A DNA stretch of 64,000 nucleotides, from positions 3,476-67,475 of the IMG/VR virus record IMGVR_UViG_3300014204_000184, one strand, 5' to 3'. Source of the DNA: a virus (lineage: Duplodnaviria; Caudoviricetes). The notes beneath the pieces were generated by a model, which was not told where the DNA came from, ran no database searches, and worked only from the letters and a program-made list of their open reading frames with translations. A program made the position numbers and the translations under genes. Position 1 is the first letter of the stretch. Each line of letters opens with the position of its first letter. Positions 46,157 through 56,065 of this stretch are shown here, one piece after another.

Positions 46157-46741
46157 GTGGCCAAGTATCGCTGGGAACGTAAGAAACGAGCAAAGAGGGT
46201 GCGGGCGGATGCGGGCTGGGTGGATCCGGAGCAGTTGCCCAAGGGTCCGAACGGCCGTGCCCTCTGTCGGTACTGCGGTACCGAGGTGCCCCGGGGCCGC
46301 CGGTCATTCTGTGGCGACAAGTGCGTCGAGTACTTCCGCATCGAGTCCGACCCCGGCTTTTGCGCCCGGAAGCTGGAGGAACGCGATCACGGGGTATGCT
46401 CGCTTTGCGGCATCGACACCATCATTGAGCGCCAGAAGGCACGCAAGGACCCCCTCTGGTACATCCGGGAGGCCCCGAACCCGCAGTTCGCCAAGCGCCC
46501 GCCATGGCCCAAGGACACCGGTCGGCGCTGGTGGGAAGACCACCACGTCGTCGCCGTCCATGACGGCGGGGCCGGCTGCCCCCTCGATCTCCATGCAACC
46601 GTCTGTGTCCCCTGCCACAAGAAGGTGAACAAGCAGCAGCGCCATGACTGGAAGCACGGCAAGGAGAGTGAGCCAGACCTGTTTTTACCACAAAGTGGAG
46701 GGACGGCCAGTACGGACCCCGAAGAAACCGGCACTTTTTAG
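46157..46741 (+). CDS. HNH endonuclease with Zn finger
   Basis: CRYC...FC..KC; RDHGVCSLC; WEDHHVV.V..GG...TVCVPCHKK. Confidence 0.8.
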   Translation: MAKYRWERKKRAKRVRADAGWVDPEQLPKGPNGRALCRYCGTEVPRGRRSFCGDKCVEYFRIESDPGFCARKLEERDHGVCSLCGIDTIIERQKARKDPLWYIREAPNPQFAKRPPWPKDTGRRWWEDHHVVAVHDGGAGCPLDLHATVCVPCHKKVNKQQRHDWKHGKESEPDLFLPQSGGTASTDPEETGTF

Positions 46742-46788
46742 TTTAAAGTGGAGGGATACCCCCTATTTTAAGTGGCAAAGTGGAGGGA
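46692..46788 (+). repeat. Three direct copies of AAAGTGGAGGGA
   Basis: At 46692, 46745 and 46777. Confidence 0.7.
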
Positions 46789-46798
46789 GAGTTAATTT

Positions 46799-47284
46799 AT
46801 GGACGTATTCGAGCATGTCAAATCTTCGTTGAGAACGATTCGGCTTCAAGCCGAGTGGATAAGATTGGCCAAGCTATACATCGCGGTTCTATCGACAGGA
46901 GGTGGCGGTATGGTTCGCAGCAGAGATATCTTAGACGCAGGTATCCGTGTCCTAGCACAAAGAGCCCGGGACCGAAAGGAGAAAGGAATGGAAGTCACAA
47001 TTAATACCAAAGTGTTAGAGACGGGGGTGATCGAACAGGATTTAGTCCGGAACGCCTTTGTTTCCCGCGAAGCAGAAACCCCGGAGCAGGTCATCTACCG
47101 ATCGATCCTCGACACCCGGGAGCAGCAGGTTCAGCAGGCGCTGATTGGGCTCGGCTGGAAGCCGCCGACCGTCCCGGTCCAGTGCCCCTGGTGCGGACAG
47201 GGGGACTTCGACCTTATCGGCCTCAAGCACCACCTCGTCCGCGGTTGGTGCGAGGTCTACGAGCGAACGGAGGTGCCGCGGTGA
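46799..47284 (+). CDS. Hypothetical protein with C-terminal Zn finger (possible internal start at MEVTIN)
   Basis: CPWC...HHL..GWC. Confidence 0.55.
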   Translation: MDVFEHVKSSLRTIRLQAEWIRLAKLYIAVLSTGGGGMVRSRDILDAGIRVLAQRARDRKEKGMEVTINTKVLETGVIEQDLVRNAFVSREAETPEQVIYRSILDTREQQVQQALIGLGWKPPTVPVQCPWCGQGDFDLIGLKHHLVRGWCEVYERTEVPR

Positions 47285-47538
47285 TGGAGCTGGTCATTCT
47301 TGCCGGCGGGCTCGCCCATGGCCGCCGGATGCCGGTACCGGTGGGCCGCGATTCTCTTCGGGTCGGGATCATGACGCCGCTGGAGGTTTTTCCCGCCGAG
47401 ACAGCCGTTCCGGACGTTCCATACGCGACACCCTTCTATCAACGACTCGCCCGGACGAAATGGAGGGGACTGCCGGTCTTCGTGTGGGAGGGAATCCGGG
47501 GAGAAGCGGCCATGGACGCCGTCAGGAGGTTGCCATGA
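47284..47538 (+). CDS. Hypothetical protein
   Basis: Coupled GTGATG start. Confidence 0.45.
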   Translation: MELVILAGGLAHGRRMPVPVGRDSLRVGIMTPLEVFPAETAVPDVPYATPFYQRLARTKWRGLPVFVWEGIRGEAAMDAVRRLP

Positions 47539-47939
47539 TGAACCATGTCGCCGTCTGCTGTAACGATCTGTGTCGGAAGGCCGTGGGCCGAGCCCTGTTC
47601 GAGTACCTGTCCGGATGCAAGTACCACCCCGGGTTCCTTCTGGAGTGGCACCGGGAGCACTTAATCTATCTGCTCCTTCCCCCTAACATCCCCGAGCGTC
47701 TTTGGGGCCTCCCCCTCTCTTCCTACTGGATCTGTAGGGATGCGCATCTCTCTCCCGCTCAGCTCAACTTCCTCGCTGAAAAAGTCCTCGCCCGTCCGAA
47801 CCCCTCGAACCCCTTTGTATTCCGCAGTTCTGCGTCCGGACAGGGTGGCTGGGCGCGGCGAGAACAGGAGTTCGAAGACGTCCTCGGAGCTTACGTCTGG
47901 CCGAAGGCGCCCCGGGTGCGAAAGGAGCGACGATCATGA
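47535..47939 (+). CDS. Hypothetical protein (~134 aa)
   Basis: SD AGGAGG. C-terminal part of track ORF 47145..47939. Confidence 0.55.
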   Translation: MMNHVAVCCNDLCRKAVGRALFEYLSGCKYHPGFLLEWHREHLIYLLLPPNIPERLWGLPLSSYWICRDAHLSPAQLNFLAEKVLARPNPSNPFVFRSSASGQGGWARREQEFEDVLGAYVWPKAPRVRKERRS

Positions 47940-48145
47940 ATAAATTCCGTAAGCATCGGCAAAATAAGCGCCTCGTCCGCGCGATCTGCCGGGAGATGAA
48001 GCTAGAACCAGTCTGCACGGTTGCCGGTCACCCCGATCCCAAAGCACTCATCAGCCACCTGGCCGCCAAGGGCCTCGCGGCTGGGTTCCAAGCCTCCGAC
48101 CCTCTCCACCTCTACGTCGTTGTCCGGAGGGTACTGGCCCCGTGA
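47936..48145 (+). CDS. Small basic hypothetical protein
   Basis: Coupled ORF, last gene before the long non-coding region. Confidence 0.5.
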   Translation: MNKFRKHRQNKRLVRAICREMKLEPVCTVAGHPDPKALISHLAAKGLAAGFQASDPLHLYVVVRRVLAP

Positions 48146-48843
48146 GCAAGGGTCATTTTCTCCCCTGATTCCAACCCATTCCAAAAATCACTTTCTGAAA
48201 TTTTCGGGGCCGGTCAGTTCCCTAGACGACCCCCGTCGCCTGTCCTCCCCGTCCCCCCCTAGCCTCAAGCATCCTTTCCCAACGTTGGGACCGGGTTTCC
48301 AGGTGGCCCCCCACACACGAGGTACGCCCCCCCGATCAGCCCTGCCGGTCAAAGTTCCGGTTTGACCCCTGGCCCCCCCTCGGGGTTAAGCATTCTTAAC
48401 GATAGGGAAAATATAGGGACATGACTAGGCCCAGGACCGGGCAGACCCAGGGGATGACGGGGATGGTCTAAGGGCTGGAGGCAGGCAGACAGGGGGAGGG
48501 CGGGGGCAGGGCCTGTCCTTGCTGGGGGTGGGGTTGACGATGGGGGTAGGCGGGGAGGGCTTGGGGTTGCCTGGGCTTGGCAGGTTGATCGATGTACAAG
48601 GACGGGGAGGACAGGGCCGGGCCAGGAGACAGGGTGGGTCAAGGATAGGGGAGGATGCGGCAGGGATCGAAAGAGCGAGGAGCGGCCGGAGAGGGCGGGC
48701 TGCGCGATGGCGGTTGATGTATAACATAGGGGCATAGATGCGCGAAATACCGGGACAACGTTTAGTTTGACACGCGCAAAGGTTAGTGTATCCTGGACTC
48801 GACAAGATAACAGGATCATCCAACAAAGACGGGAGGTGATAGC
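48146..48843. other. ~700-bp non-coding region, C-rich then G-rich (G-quadruplex-prone); candidate packaging site/genome end
   Basis: C-runs at 48230-48380, palindrome GTTAAG-CATT-CTTAAC at 48385-48400, G-runs at 48490-48700. Confidence 0.5.
48767..48794 (+). promoter_or_regulatory. Sigma70-like early promoter TTGACA-N16-TATCCT
   Basis: Consensus -35, followed by a strong SD (GGGAGGTGA) and the early gene cluster. Confidence 0.55.
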
Positions 48844-49023
48844 ATGAAGGGAGCGAGGAAGCCCGAGCGGCCTTACCAGTTTACGAGAGCCGAGCGGACG
48901 CAGACAGCTGCAGAGCTGGCCGCGCTGTTGCCGCCGGCAATCATCCACCAGATGAAGGAGCGCGCCAGGCAGATCCAGCGCATAGAGGCGCGGGCACAGA
49001 AGGAATGGAGGCGGGAACAATGA
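48844..49023 (+). CDS. First early gene, 59 aa (MKGARKPERPYQF...)
   Basis: Strong SD. The stop overlaps the next ATG. Confidence 0.6.
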   Translation: MKGARKPERPYQFTRAERTQTAAELAALLPPAIIHQMKERARQIQRIEARAQKEWRREQ

Positions 49024-49553
49024 CAATCGATTCCGTCAAGGTGCAATATGGTCGGCGCTTGGTCCATGTCGCGGTGAGCTGGGACGAGGACGGCATCAAC
49101 TCGGTTGAAGTCTTAGGACAGGAGGGGCGGGCTACCGGCAAAGCCGCCCCTCAAATCATGTCGAAAAACAGGAAATCACTCGAAGAGCCGTTGAACGAAG
49201 TCGGCCCGGAGCCGGGCGAAATCCTTATAGACGCTTATGATCCACGCCGAGCCTATAGCGGAGCCTATACACCGCCGGCCCCCGTTCCCAACGATGGGAA
49301 ACTGAAAACCCTATTCTTTGATACAGGAGTACGGCCGGAGTACGTGACCAACCCACCTTTTGTGCTCAGGGCGGGCCAGGTGATCAAAAACAAGACAATG
49401 CAAATCCCCTTTGATTGTGACGCACCCGACAACGCGGAAATACTGTTCTTTTGTGACAACCCGTCGTTGGCTGAAAGTAAATGGTGTTTGGTGCGGGAGA
49501 TATTCAACACAGTTATGCTGTCTAAATACGTCTATTTGAGGGTGAAAAAATGA
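49020..49553 (+). CDS. Hypothetical early protein
   Basis: ORF with SD, coupled. Confidence 0.55.
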   Translation: MTIDSVKVQYGRRLVHVAVSWDEDGINSVEVLGQEGRATGKAAPQIMSKNRKSLEEPLNEVGPEPGEILIDAYDPRRAYSGAYTPPAPVPNDGKLKTLFFDTGVRPEYVTNPPFVLRAGQVIKNKTMQIPFDCDAPDNAEILFFCDNPSLAESKWCLVREIFNTVMLSKYVYLRVKK

Positions 49554-51526
49554 ACGATGACAAAGACCTTGAAGGCACCGCCACCTATGACCCCGAGGAC
49601 AACAAAATCCGCTTCTATCCTTTCGCTCGCCTGGATGCTGATCTTTATCAGCGAGTAAGGGCGGCCGGGTTTATATGGGCACCACAGCAAAAGCTGTTCG
49701 TCGCCCCGATGTGGACGCCGGAACGCGAAGACCTGATGATCGAGCTATGCGGCGAGGTCGGGGACGAAGACACAAGCCTTGTGGATCGAGCCGAGGAACG
49801 GGCTGAACGATTTGACGAGTACAGCGAACGACGCGCCGAGGAGGCCGACCGCGCGCACGCTGCCGTGGATGGGATTGCCCAACGGTTTGAGGGCGGCCAA
49901 CCCATCCTTGTCGGGCACCACAGCGAGAAGCGAGCCAGGAAGGACGCCGAGCGCATTCAAAACGGGATGCGCCACGCAATCAAAATGTGGGAGACGTCGA
50001 AATATTGGGAAGCCAGGGCGAAGGGTGCGCTTAGGGCTGCTAAGTACAAGGAACTCCCAGCCGTGAGAGCGCGCAGGATCAAAACTCTTGAAGCTGATCA
50101 AAGACGGATTATCGCCAGCTATACGCCCCGTGATAAAGCCGTCATCCTTCAGCAGAAATGGGACGCCGACAAAGACGCGCCCTCTATCCCGCACGTCTAT
50201 TGTGGGCAAGGCTCCCGGGGCGGGTCATGGGTGCCGGTTGAAGACCTGGAGACGATCAAAGCCAGATCCGCGCGATGGTTGCAGCACATAGCGAACCGAA
50301 TCACCTATGAAAGGGCCATGCTCCAGGAGCAAGGCGGAATCATCACAGATCGGGCAGAGGTAGAATTGGGTGGCCGGGTTCTGGTTCGGGGCGAATGGAT
50401 TCTAATTGTCAAGATCAACCGGAAAGATGGCAAGATTTGCAGCCTGGGCACCAATCGCCGCTATGTTTCAACCGTGAGCATTGAGGATGTCAAGGACTAC
50501 CGGCCCCCCGAACCCGGGGACGCGGAGAAGGTCAAGAAAGCAATGGCCCTGCCCCCTATGTGCAACTATCCGGGCGAAAACACCGTCAACATGACAAAGG
50601 CCGATTATGCAGCCGTTTATCACGACAGCAAAGGAGGCACGGTATTAAAGGCCACGGAAACGGCAGGACGCCACAGGGTCCGCACCGTTCAAGCCTTTGT
50701 CGCTCGAAAATTCGGATATCCCGCCGACCGTGACCGTTTTGGCATCATATCCGTATTCTTGACAGACGAGAAACGCAAAGACCCGCCACCACCTGAACAG
50801 GAAGCGCCGCCCAAGCTGGCCCCGCCCGAACGGGACCAGAACGCCCCCCCGCGCCATGTTTATGTAGAACCGGAGCCGACCAAATTCGACGTGCTCAAAG
50901 ATGCCTTGAAGGAAGGGGTCAAAATAGTCGTTGCACCGAATCTTTTTGTCACGCCGGATGATATTGCTGACCAAATGGTGGCCCGTGCTGATATCGAGCC
51001 GGACATGGACGTGCTAGAGCCCCAGGCCGGGACCGGCGCCCTTGTGCGGGCGATCCTGAGAGCAGAACCCACAAGCAAAGTGATGGCCGTCGAAATCAAC
51101 GGGGATCTTTGCCAAATGTTAGTTGACCTTCCTTGTCGGGTGATCTGTAAAGACTTTTTTACCTTTGACATGACCGGAAAATTCGACCGGATCATCATGA
51201 ATCCGCCCTTTGATCATGGGATCGATATCAAGCACATCGAACACGCCTTGACCATGCTGAAGCCTGGCGGCCGTCTGGTTACATTATGCGCGGCCGGCCC
51301 GAAGCAACGCGCAGCCTTTATTGACCGCGCTGAAGAATGGGAGGATCTTCCACCCAATAGCTTTAAGGAGGCCGGAACCGGGGTCAATGTGGCTATGGTG
51401 ACCATCGACGCACCCGAGCCCTTGACACCCAAGCAAGAGGACGACCACGCCGCCATAGTCGAACAGAACGAGAAAAGCGGGAACTTCTCTTTGACCGCGC
51501 CACCGACGCAACCAAGTCTTTTCTAA
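49550..51526 (+). CDS. DUF3560-domain protein fused to a class I SAM-dependent (amino-type, NPPF) DNA methyltransferase
   Basis: TATY.PEDNK.R.Y...GF.WAP.Q..F.APMWTP.RED; GQPILVGHHSEKRARKDA; LEPQAGTGAL; FDRIIMNPPF. Confidence 0.85.
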   Translation: MNDDKDLEGTATYDPEDNKIRFYPFARLDADLYQRVRAAGFIWAPQQKLFVAPMWTPEREDLMIELCGEVGDEDTSLVDRAEERAERFDEYSERRAEEADRAHAAVDGIAQRFEGGQPILVGHHSEKRARKDAERIQNGMRHAIKMWETSKYWEARAKGALRAAKYKELPAVRARRIKTLEADQRRIIASYTPRDKAVILQQKWDADKDAPSIPHVYCGQGSRGGSWVPVEDLETIKARSARWLQHIANRITYERAMLQEQGGIITDRAEVELGGRVLVRGEWILIVKINRKDGKICSLGTNRRYVSTVSIEDVKDYRPPEPGDAEKVKKAMALPPMCNYPGENTVNMTKADYAAVYHDSKGGTVLKATETAGRHRVRTVQAFVARKFGYPADRDRFGIISVFLTDEKRKDPPPPEQEAPPKLAPPERDQNAPPRHVYVEPEPTKFDVLKDALKEGVKIVVAPNLFVTPDDIADQMVARADIEPDMDVLEPQAGTGALVRAILRAEPTSKVMAVEINGDLCQMLVDLPCRVICKDFFTFDMTGKFDRIIMNPPFDHGIDIKHIEHALTMLKPGGRLVTLCAAGPKQRAAFIDRAEEWEDLPPNSFKEAGTGVNVAMVTIDAPEPLTPKQEDDHAAIVEQNEKSGNFSLTAPPTQPSLF

Positions 51527-51586
51527 AACAGGGGCGCATGGCGGCCGGGTGCGGTATTGGCCCGGCCCAGCCCAAAAGGAGCACAC

Positions 51587-51925
51587 ATGCAGAAAAAGAC
51601 CATCTTAGACCGGCTAGGGGACCACCTCTTGAAGCACTACGACCCCAAGGATGCCGACATCATAGCCGAGGATATATGTCTTGCAATCAGGGAAGCCACA
51701 ACGCCCCGGAAGATCGATGACGCAATGGTCCGGATCAACACCCTGATGCACGGTGATGGGTTCGGCCACTACCTCCAGCACAACAGTCTGAACTATTGGG
51801 GTAATGTCGGGCTCCTCTACGTCTCCCATAATGGCCCCACGATCATCTATGACGTACAGAAAGAACGCTGGTTCTGTGCACCCTGGAAAGAGCTGGTAGA
51901 GACCCAGCCAAGGAGGTTTAGATGA
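51587..51925 (+). CDS. Hypothetical early protein
   Basis: SD AAGGAG. Confidence 0.6.
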   Translation: MQKKTILDRLGDHLLKHYDPKDADIIAEDICLAIREATTPRKIDDAMVRINTLMHGDGFGHYLQHNSLNYWGNVGLLYVSHNGPTIIYDVQKERWFCAPWKELVETQPRRFR

Positions 51926-52230
51926 ATATTTACAAGGTAACATATCGGGTAAAGGAGAAGAAAAGGCCAGGATGCGGAAACAACTCCAGGTGGGACCAGA
52001 CTGAAGGCGAAACCCAAATTTATATTGGACGTAAGGGATTGAAGCCGGCCCGGTTGCAATATCGGGAATACCTCGAACGCTTGCAACACACCTTTTCCTA
52101 TTCGGTGCGCGGCACTGACAGGCTGGGCACTGTTGAGCTGTTTATCCCTCATGTTCATAACAACGGCCTGTTAGCATACTGGCCCAAAGATGATGGTAAG
52201 TACATCGAGAAAAAGGAGTTTTCAGACTGA
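51922..52230 (+). CDS. Hypothetical early protein
   Basis: SD AGGAGG, coupled. Confidence 0.6.
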   Translation: MNIYKVTYRVKEKKRPGCGNNSRWDQTEGETQIYIGRKGLKPARLQYREYLERLQHTFSYSVRGTDRLGTVELFIPHVHNNGLLAYWPKDDGKYIEKKEFSD

Positions 52231-52400
52231 TGAAGCTAAAACAGCCGTGTTGGCGGCATCGCCAGAAGGGCTACAAAAAGGGATGCCCCGACTGTTTCAA
52301 ACTGAACAGGCGCAAAACTCCGGAAGAGATCGAGCGCGATCAGGCCGAAGCCGACGGGTCGTATATGGGCAGCTATGACGGATGGAACGACTGAGGGGAG

Positions 52401-52613
52401 ATGATCATGAAAATCGGGAGCTGGGTAAAGATCAAGGTTGCCTGTCGCTATGGATGGGTGAAGGGATGGCGCAAAGTGCGCAAAATTCACCCCACCGGAG
52501 ATATTGAAGTCTGCGCGGCCGGATATGACGATTTTATCGTCCACCCCAAGGAAATCATCGAAAAACGAAAGGAGCAGGATCATGGCAGAAGCAGCGGTAA
52601 AACTCGCACCTAG
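52401..52613 (+). CDS. Small hypothetical protein
   Basis: SD GGGGAG. Confidence 0.5.
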   Translation: MIMKIGSWVKIKVACRYGWVKGWRKVRKIHPTGDIEVCAAGYDDFIVHPKEIIEKRKEQDHGRSSGKTRT

Positions 52614-53199
52614 CGGGGGTCTGCAAGCCTTGTTGAGGAAGGCAGCGAAACCCGAAGAGAAAAGCAAATCAGCAACACCCTTGTTGACGGTAGACAACGC
52701 CACCAAAGAGCTGGCCACGGAAGTACGGAAGGCCAAGAACGCGTTTGACAGTGCGAAGGCAGCCTTTGACGAGAAATCGGCAAGGCTCCTTGTCACCATC
52801 GCGGCGGCCAGGGAAGAGCTTTGCCGGCACGCGTATCAAAGTGCGCTCAAGATCCCAACCGTCGATAACCTATCGGTGACTGTAGTCTGGACGAGCCAGT
52901 ACAACAAAATCCCCGGCAGCAAGGCGGCCGTGATCATGGGCACGGTCGGGGATAAGCAGTATGCCGACTATTTCAAGTCTTGTTTCACCCTGAAGGTCAA
53001 GGATGATCTGAACGAAGACGATCTGAATGAACTCATCCAGTTGCTGGGCGAGGAGAAATTCATGAAATGGTTCGAGTCGGAAGAGGTCATCAAACCGACC
53101 GAGCGTTTTGTTCATGACCATGTGACCATGGATAAGAAGACCAAGGAAGCCGTGGCCCTCGCCGGCGTCAATCAGAACAAGCCGGCGATCAAACTATAA
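52582..53199 (+). CDS. Hypothetical early protein (205 aa, coiled-coil N-terminus)
   Basis: SD AAGGAG before ATG 52582. Confidence 0.7.
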   Translation: MAEAAVKLAPSGGLQALLRKAAKPEEKSKSATPLLTVDNATKELATEVRKAKNAFDSAKAAFDEKSARLLVTIAAAREELCRHAYQSALKIPTVDNLSVTVVWTSQYNKIPGSKAAVIMGTVGDKQYADYFKSCFTLKVKDDLNEDDLNELIQLLGEEKFMKWFESEEVIKPTERFVHDHVTMDKKTKEAVALAGVNQNKPAIKL

Positions 53200-53243
53200 G
53201 CCAGCCGCGACCGGGGGCGCGATATCCCCCGGAAGGAGACACC

Positions 53244-53777
53244 ATGGGACTTCCGAAAACGATTAAAAGTGTCCGCACCATCATTACTTCCACCATCCCC
53301 GCATCGTTACTCAAGGATGGGCAATGGATCTACCGTTACCGTCTCGACTATATTTATGCCGCATGGCACGCCGAACTACACGGTGGGAAGCTGGTGAGCG
53401 GTAAATACGTCAAAGACACGCTTGCGCTTGCCCAAGACTTTCTGGCCCCCCTCGCTGATCGTGAATCATGCAGACGTAAGAAGATAAAATGGGCCAACCC
53501 CTACTTCTGCCCGGAATCTCCCTATGGGGACTATATTTGGACGTTTCATATCGAGATGGTGGAAGAGATAATCGCGCTGCGAAGGGAATTTCTTGTTGGA
53601 TTTGCTGATGGAGTATCTAAGAACAAAGACAAAACCCGGGAGCCTCCGCCCCAATATCGAGATGGTGGCAGCCGAGCCGCGTCATGGGACTTTGGCTACA
53701 TCCTGGGTCTGGCATGGATATACCATCGCAAAGAAATTAAGACGTGGGAAAGGAGGAGAAGATGCCCGAAAGAGTAA
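53244..53777 (+). CDS. Hypothetical early protein (177 aa)
   Basis: SD AAGGAG. Confidence 0.65.
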   Translation: MGLPKTIKSVRTIITSTIPASLLKDGQWIYRYRLDYIYAAWHAELHGGKLVSGKYVKDTLALAQDFLAPLADRESCRRKKIKWANPYFCPESPYGDYIWTFHIEMVEEIIALRREFLVGFADGVSKNKDKTREPPPQYRDGGSRAASWDFGYILGLAWIYHRKEIKTWERRRRCPKE

Positions 53778-53949
53778 CGCAGAGCCGAAGAGAGTACAGG
53801 ATTCAGCACTTTGCCAAAGCCTGTGAAACCTGTGTGAACCGCGACGCGATCAAGGAACCCATCACGCACGGCGACAAAGGGAAAGAACGGATTGACATCT
53901 GCCGGCTCGATCACCAGCAGATTTCACCCGGTCAAGGCGTCTGTGCCGC

Positions 53950-54525
53950 ATGGAGGACGAGGACTTGATCCCCTACTATTACCCCAACAAACCGAATCGT
54001 ATTGATCCAGAGCTTGTATCGAACTACGAGAAACCTAACTGGATCGCCGAGCGGAAGAAAAACGGCTGGCGGTGCCTTGCAATCAGGGAACCGGAAAAGC
54101 TCGATCTATGGACGAGCAGCCACCGGCTGTTTCCCAATCCCTTGCCGATCACCCGGGAAGCGTTAGCGGGATTACCCCCGATGACCGTCATTGATGGGGA
54201 GATGCAGAACAACCGGACCAAAGACATCAAAGACCTGTTTTACGCCTTCGATATTCTGATGTGGGAGGGGAAGTGGTTGTTCGGCCAGCCATGGCGGTCA
54301 CGGCGGGCATTGTTGGAGCTGGCCACCCGCGACATTGAAGGGATTCTGGTATCGGTGCCCATTCACACAGGCAAGAAGATGCTCTACCAGATGGCCATTG
54401 AAGAAGGGGACGAGGGCATCGTCATGAAGGAGTTAGACAGTACCTATCTGATCGCCACCAAGGGGACTATCGATAACCCCCTGTGGATCAAGGCAAAGCA
54501 GCCGGAAAACTGTATGAGGACATGA
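53950..54525 (+). CDS. Minimal ATP-dependent ligase-type nucleotidyltransferase (adenylation domain only, 191 aa)
   Basis: Motif I ERKKNGWRC, III IDGEM, IIIa FYAFDIL, IV DEGIVMK, V WIKAK. No OB domain. Confidence 0.8.
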   Translation: MEDEDLIPYYYPNKPNRIDPELVSNYEKPNWIAERKKNGWRCLAIREPEKLDLWTSSHRLFPNPLPITREALAGLPPMTVIDGEMQNNRTKDIKDLFYAFDILMWEGKWLFGQPWRSRRALLELATRDIEGILVSVPIHTGKKMLYQMAIEEGDEGIVMKELDSTYLIATKGTIDNPLWIKAKQPENCMRT

Positions 54526-54892
54526 TGGAAAAAGATAAGATCGAGAAAGCGTTAAACGCTGGGCGCAGATTGCGCTATACGGTCGTCACGGGGCCAATCA
54601 GCATGACCGGGATCATCGGCAAGGGGGAAAATTCGCTGAACCGTCGATTGATGCAGATCGAGGCAGAACGGATTGACCAGTGCGCGGAACGTATGGATTT
54701 AGACTTCGGGGAGGAGGATGACGAGGATGGGTTATGATCAAACCATGCTGGACGAGCTTGTGCGAGACGTTTTTGATTCAAAAGCCGCCGACCTGAATAA
54801 CGCCGGCCAAACTGCTCAAATCGCGTTTCTTCTGGCTGAAGGGGTCGAACAGAGCCACATCGACGCCGCGGCCCAACGCAGAAAGGACACCC

Positions 54893-55399
54893 ATGAAAGC
54901 ATTTAGTGAACTGAACGCGGAGCAAGTGAAAAAATGGGACGCAATCCCGCACTACCCCTTGGGAGAGGTTCCCGAAGAGCTGATCGATAAAAATCCAAAG
55001 CTCTATCGGACAATTATTGCTAAACGGGCGATCCTTGCGGGGTATGAGGACTTTGACCACGGGACTGTCGCGGACATCCTCTTCGACCTCCGGCACCTCT
55101 GCGACGCCCTTGACGTCGACTTTGCCGATCTGGATCGGGTTGCCTACCGCAACTACATTGAAGAGTCGGCCAGGATTGCCCTGGAGGAGAGGGCGGTAAA
55201 GCCGAAACTCTATGTGATTCTCTCGGGGGGCCTGATCAATTCCGTCTACGCCACCAAGGGCATTGGAGATGCTTCCATCGTCATCCTTGATCGTGACGAG
55301 GAAGACGAGGACAACGACGGCGAGGAATCAAGCTACGCGGAGGACTCGGCGGAATTTGACCGGGCGCTGAAGGCACTGGAACTCATCAATCTGGTATGA
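54893..55399 (+). CDS. Hypothetical acidic protein (168 aa)
   Basis: ORF with SD. DIL.DL.HLCD motif. Confidence 0.6.
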   Translation: MKAFSELNAEQVKKWDAIPHYPLGEVPEELIDKNPKLYRTIIAKRAILAGYEDFDHGTVADILFDLRHLCDALDVDFADLDRVAYRNYIEESARIALEERAVKPKLYVILSGGLINSVYATKGIGDASIVILDRDEEDEDNDGEESSYAEDSAEFDRALKALELINLV

Positions 55400-55415
55400 A
55401 AGGGGGAGCGGCCCT

Positions 55416-55706
55416 GTGGCAAAAAAGGACGATGACCGACTCCGGTACCTTGGTGAGTGCGCAAAGTGCGGGATCGCCATGTATCAGGAGCACGGGCGGA
55501 TACTGACGGCGGGGAAGTCATCCTGTGAGCACGTCCTGAAAGTGGCGGCCGCTGATAAGATGATCCAGCGGGTCTTCTACTTACGGATCGAAGACGACCT
55601 CTTCATCACCAGGCGTGCCAAAAAGAACAAATGTTCCCGGGGCGAGTACCTCCGGGCCTTAATCGAGGCAGATCGTAACATCGTGGAAAAGGAGGAGAAG
55701 ACATGA
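55416..55706 (+). CDS. Zn finger plus ribbon-helix-helix-like DNA-binding protein
   Basis: CAKC...CEH; FYLRIEDD.FI.RRAKK...SRGEYLRALI. Confidence 0.6.
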   Translation: MAKKDDDRLRYLGECAKCGIAMYQEHGRILTAGKSSCEHVLKVAAADKMIQRVFYLRIEDDLFITRRAKKNKCSRGEYLRALIEADRNIVEKEEKT

Positions 55707-56065
55707 CGGATCAGATCAAGCAGACTTGTGAGGCGTTATTGAAGGAGATCAAGGCACCATTCCCGTCGAAGGAAGCTGCAATCGCAGCGGGATGCTGTGT
55801 CTTCTGCGGGGAACCGGTCGCCGACCGTATCTACTCGGAGGCCGGCCAAGGCGAATACCAGCTCAGCGGAAGCTGCGAAATCTGCTTCGACAAACTGTTT
55901 GAGGGCACAGAGGAGGGCGAAACCTGCGGGAGGAAGGGCTGCGCGGGAATCATCGACACCATCAAGGAAGGCTCCTGCTCCTGCCACATCAACCCGCCGT
56001 GCCACGTTTGCACGAGCGCGCGCCCGTACTGCCCGATATGTGGGTGGGAAGGAGAGAGGCCATGA
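55703..56065 (+). CDS. Cys-rich multi-Zn-finger protein (120 aa)
   Basis: CVFC, CEIC, CGRKGC, CSCHINPPCHVC, CPIC. Confidence 0.7.
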   Translation: MTDQIKQTCEALLKEIKAPFPSKEAAIAAGCCVFCGEPVADRIYSEAGQGEYQLSGSCEICFDKLFEGTEEGETCGRKGCAGIIDTIKEGSCSCHINPPCHVCTSARPYCPICGWEGERP

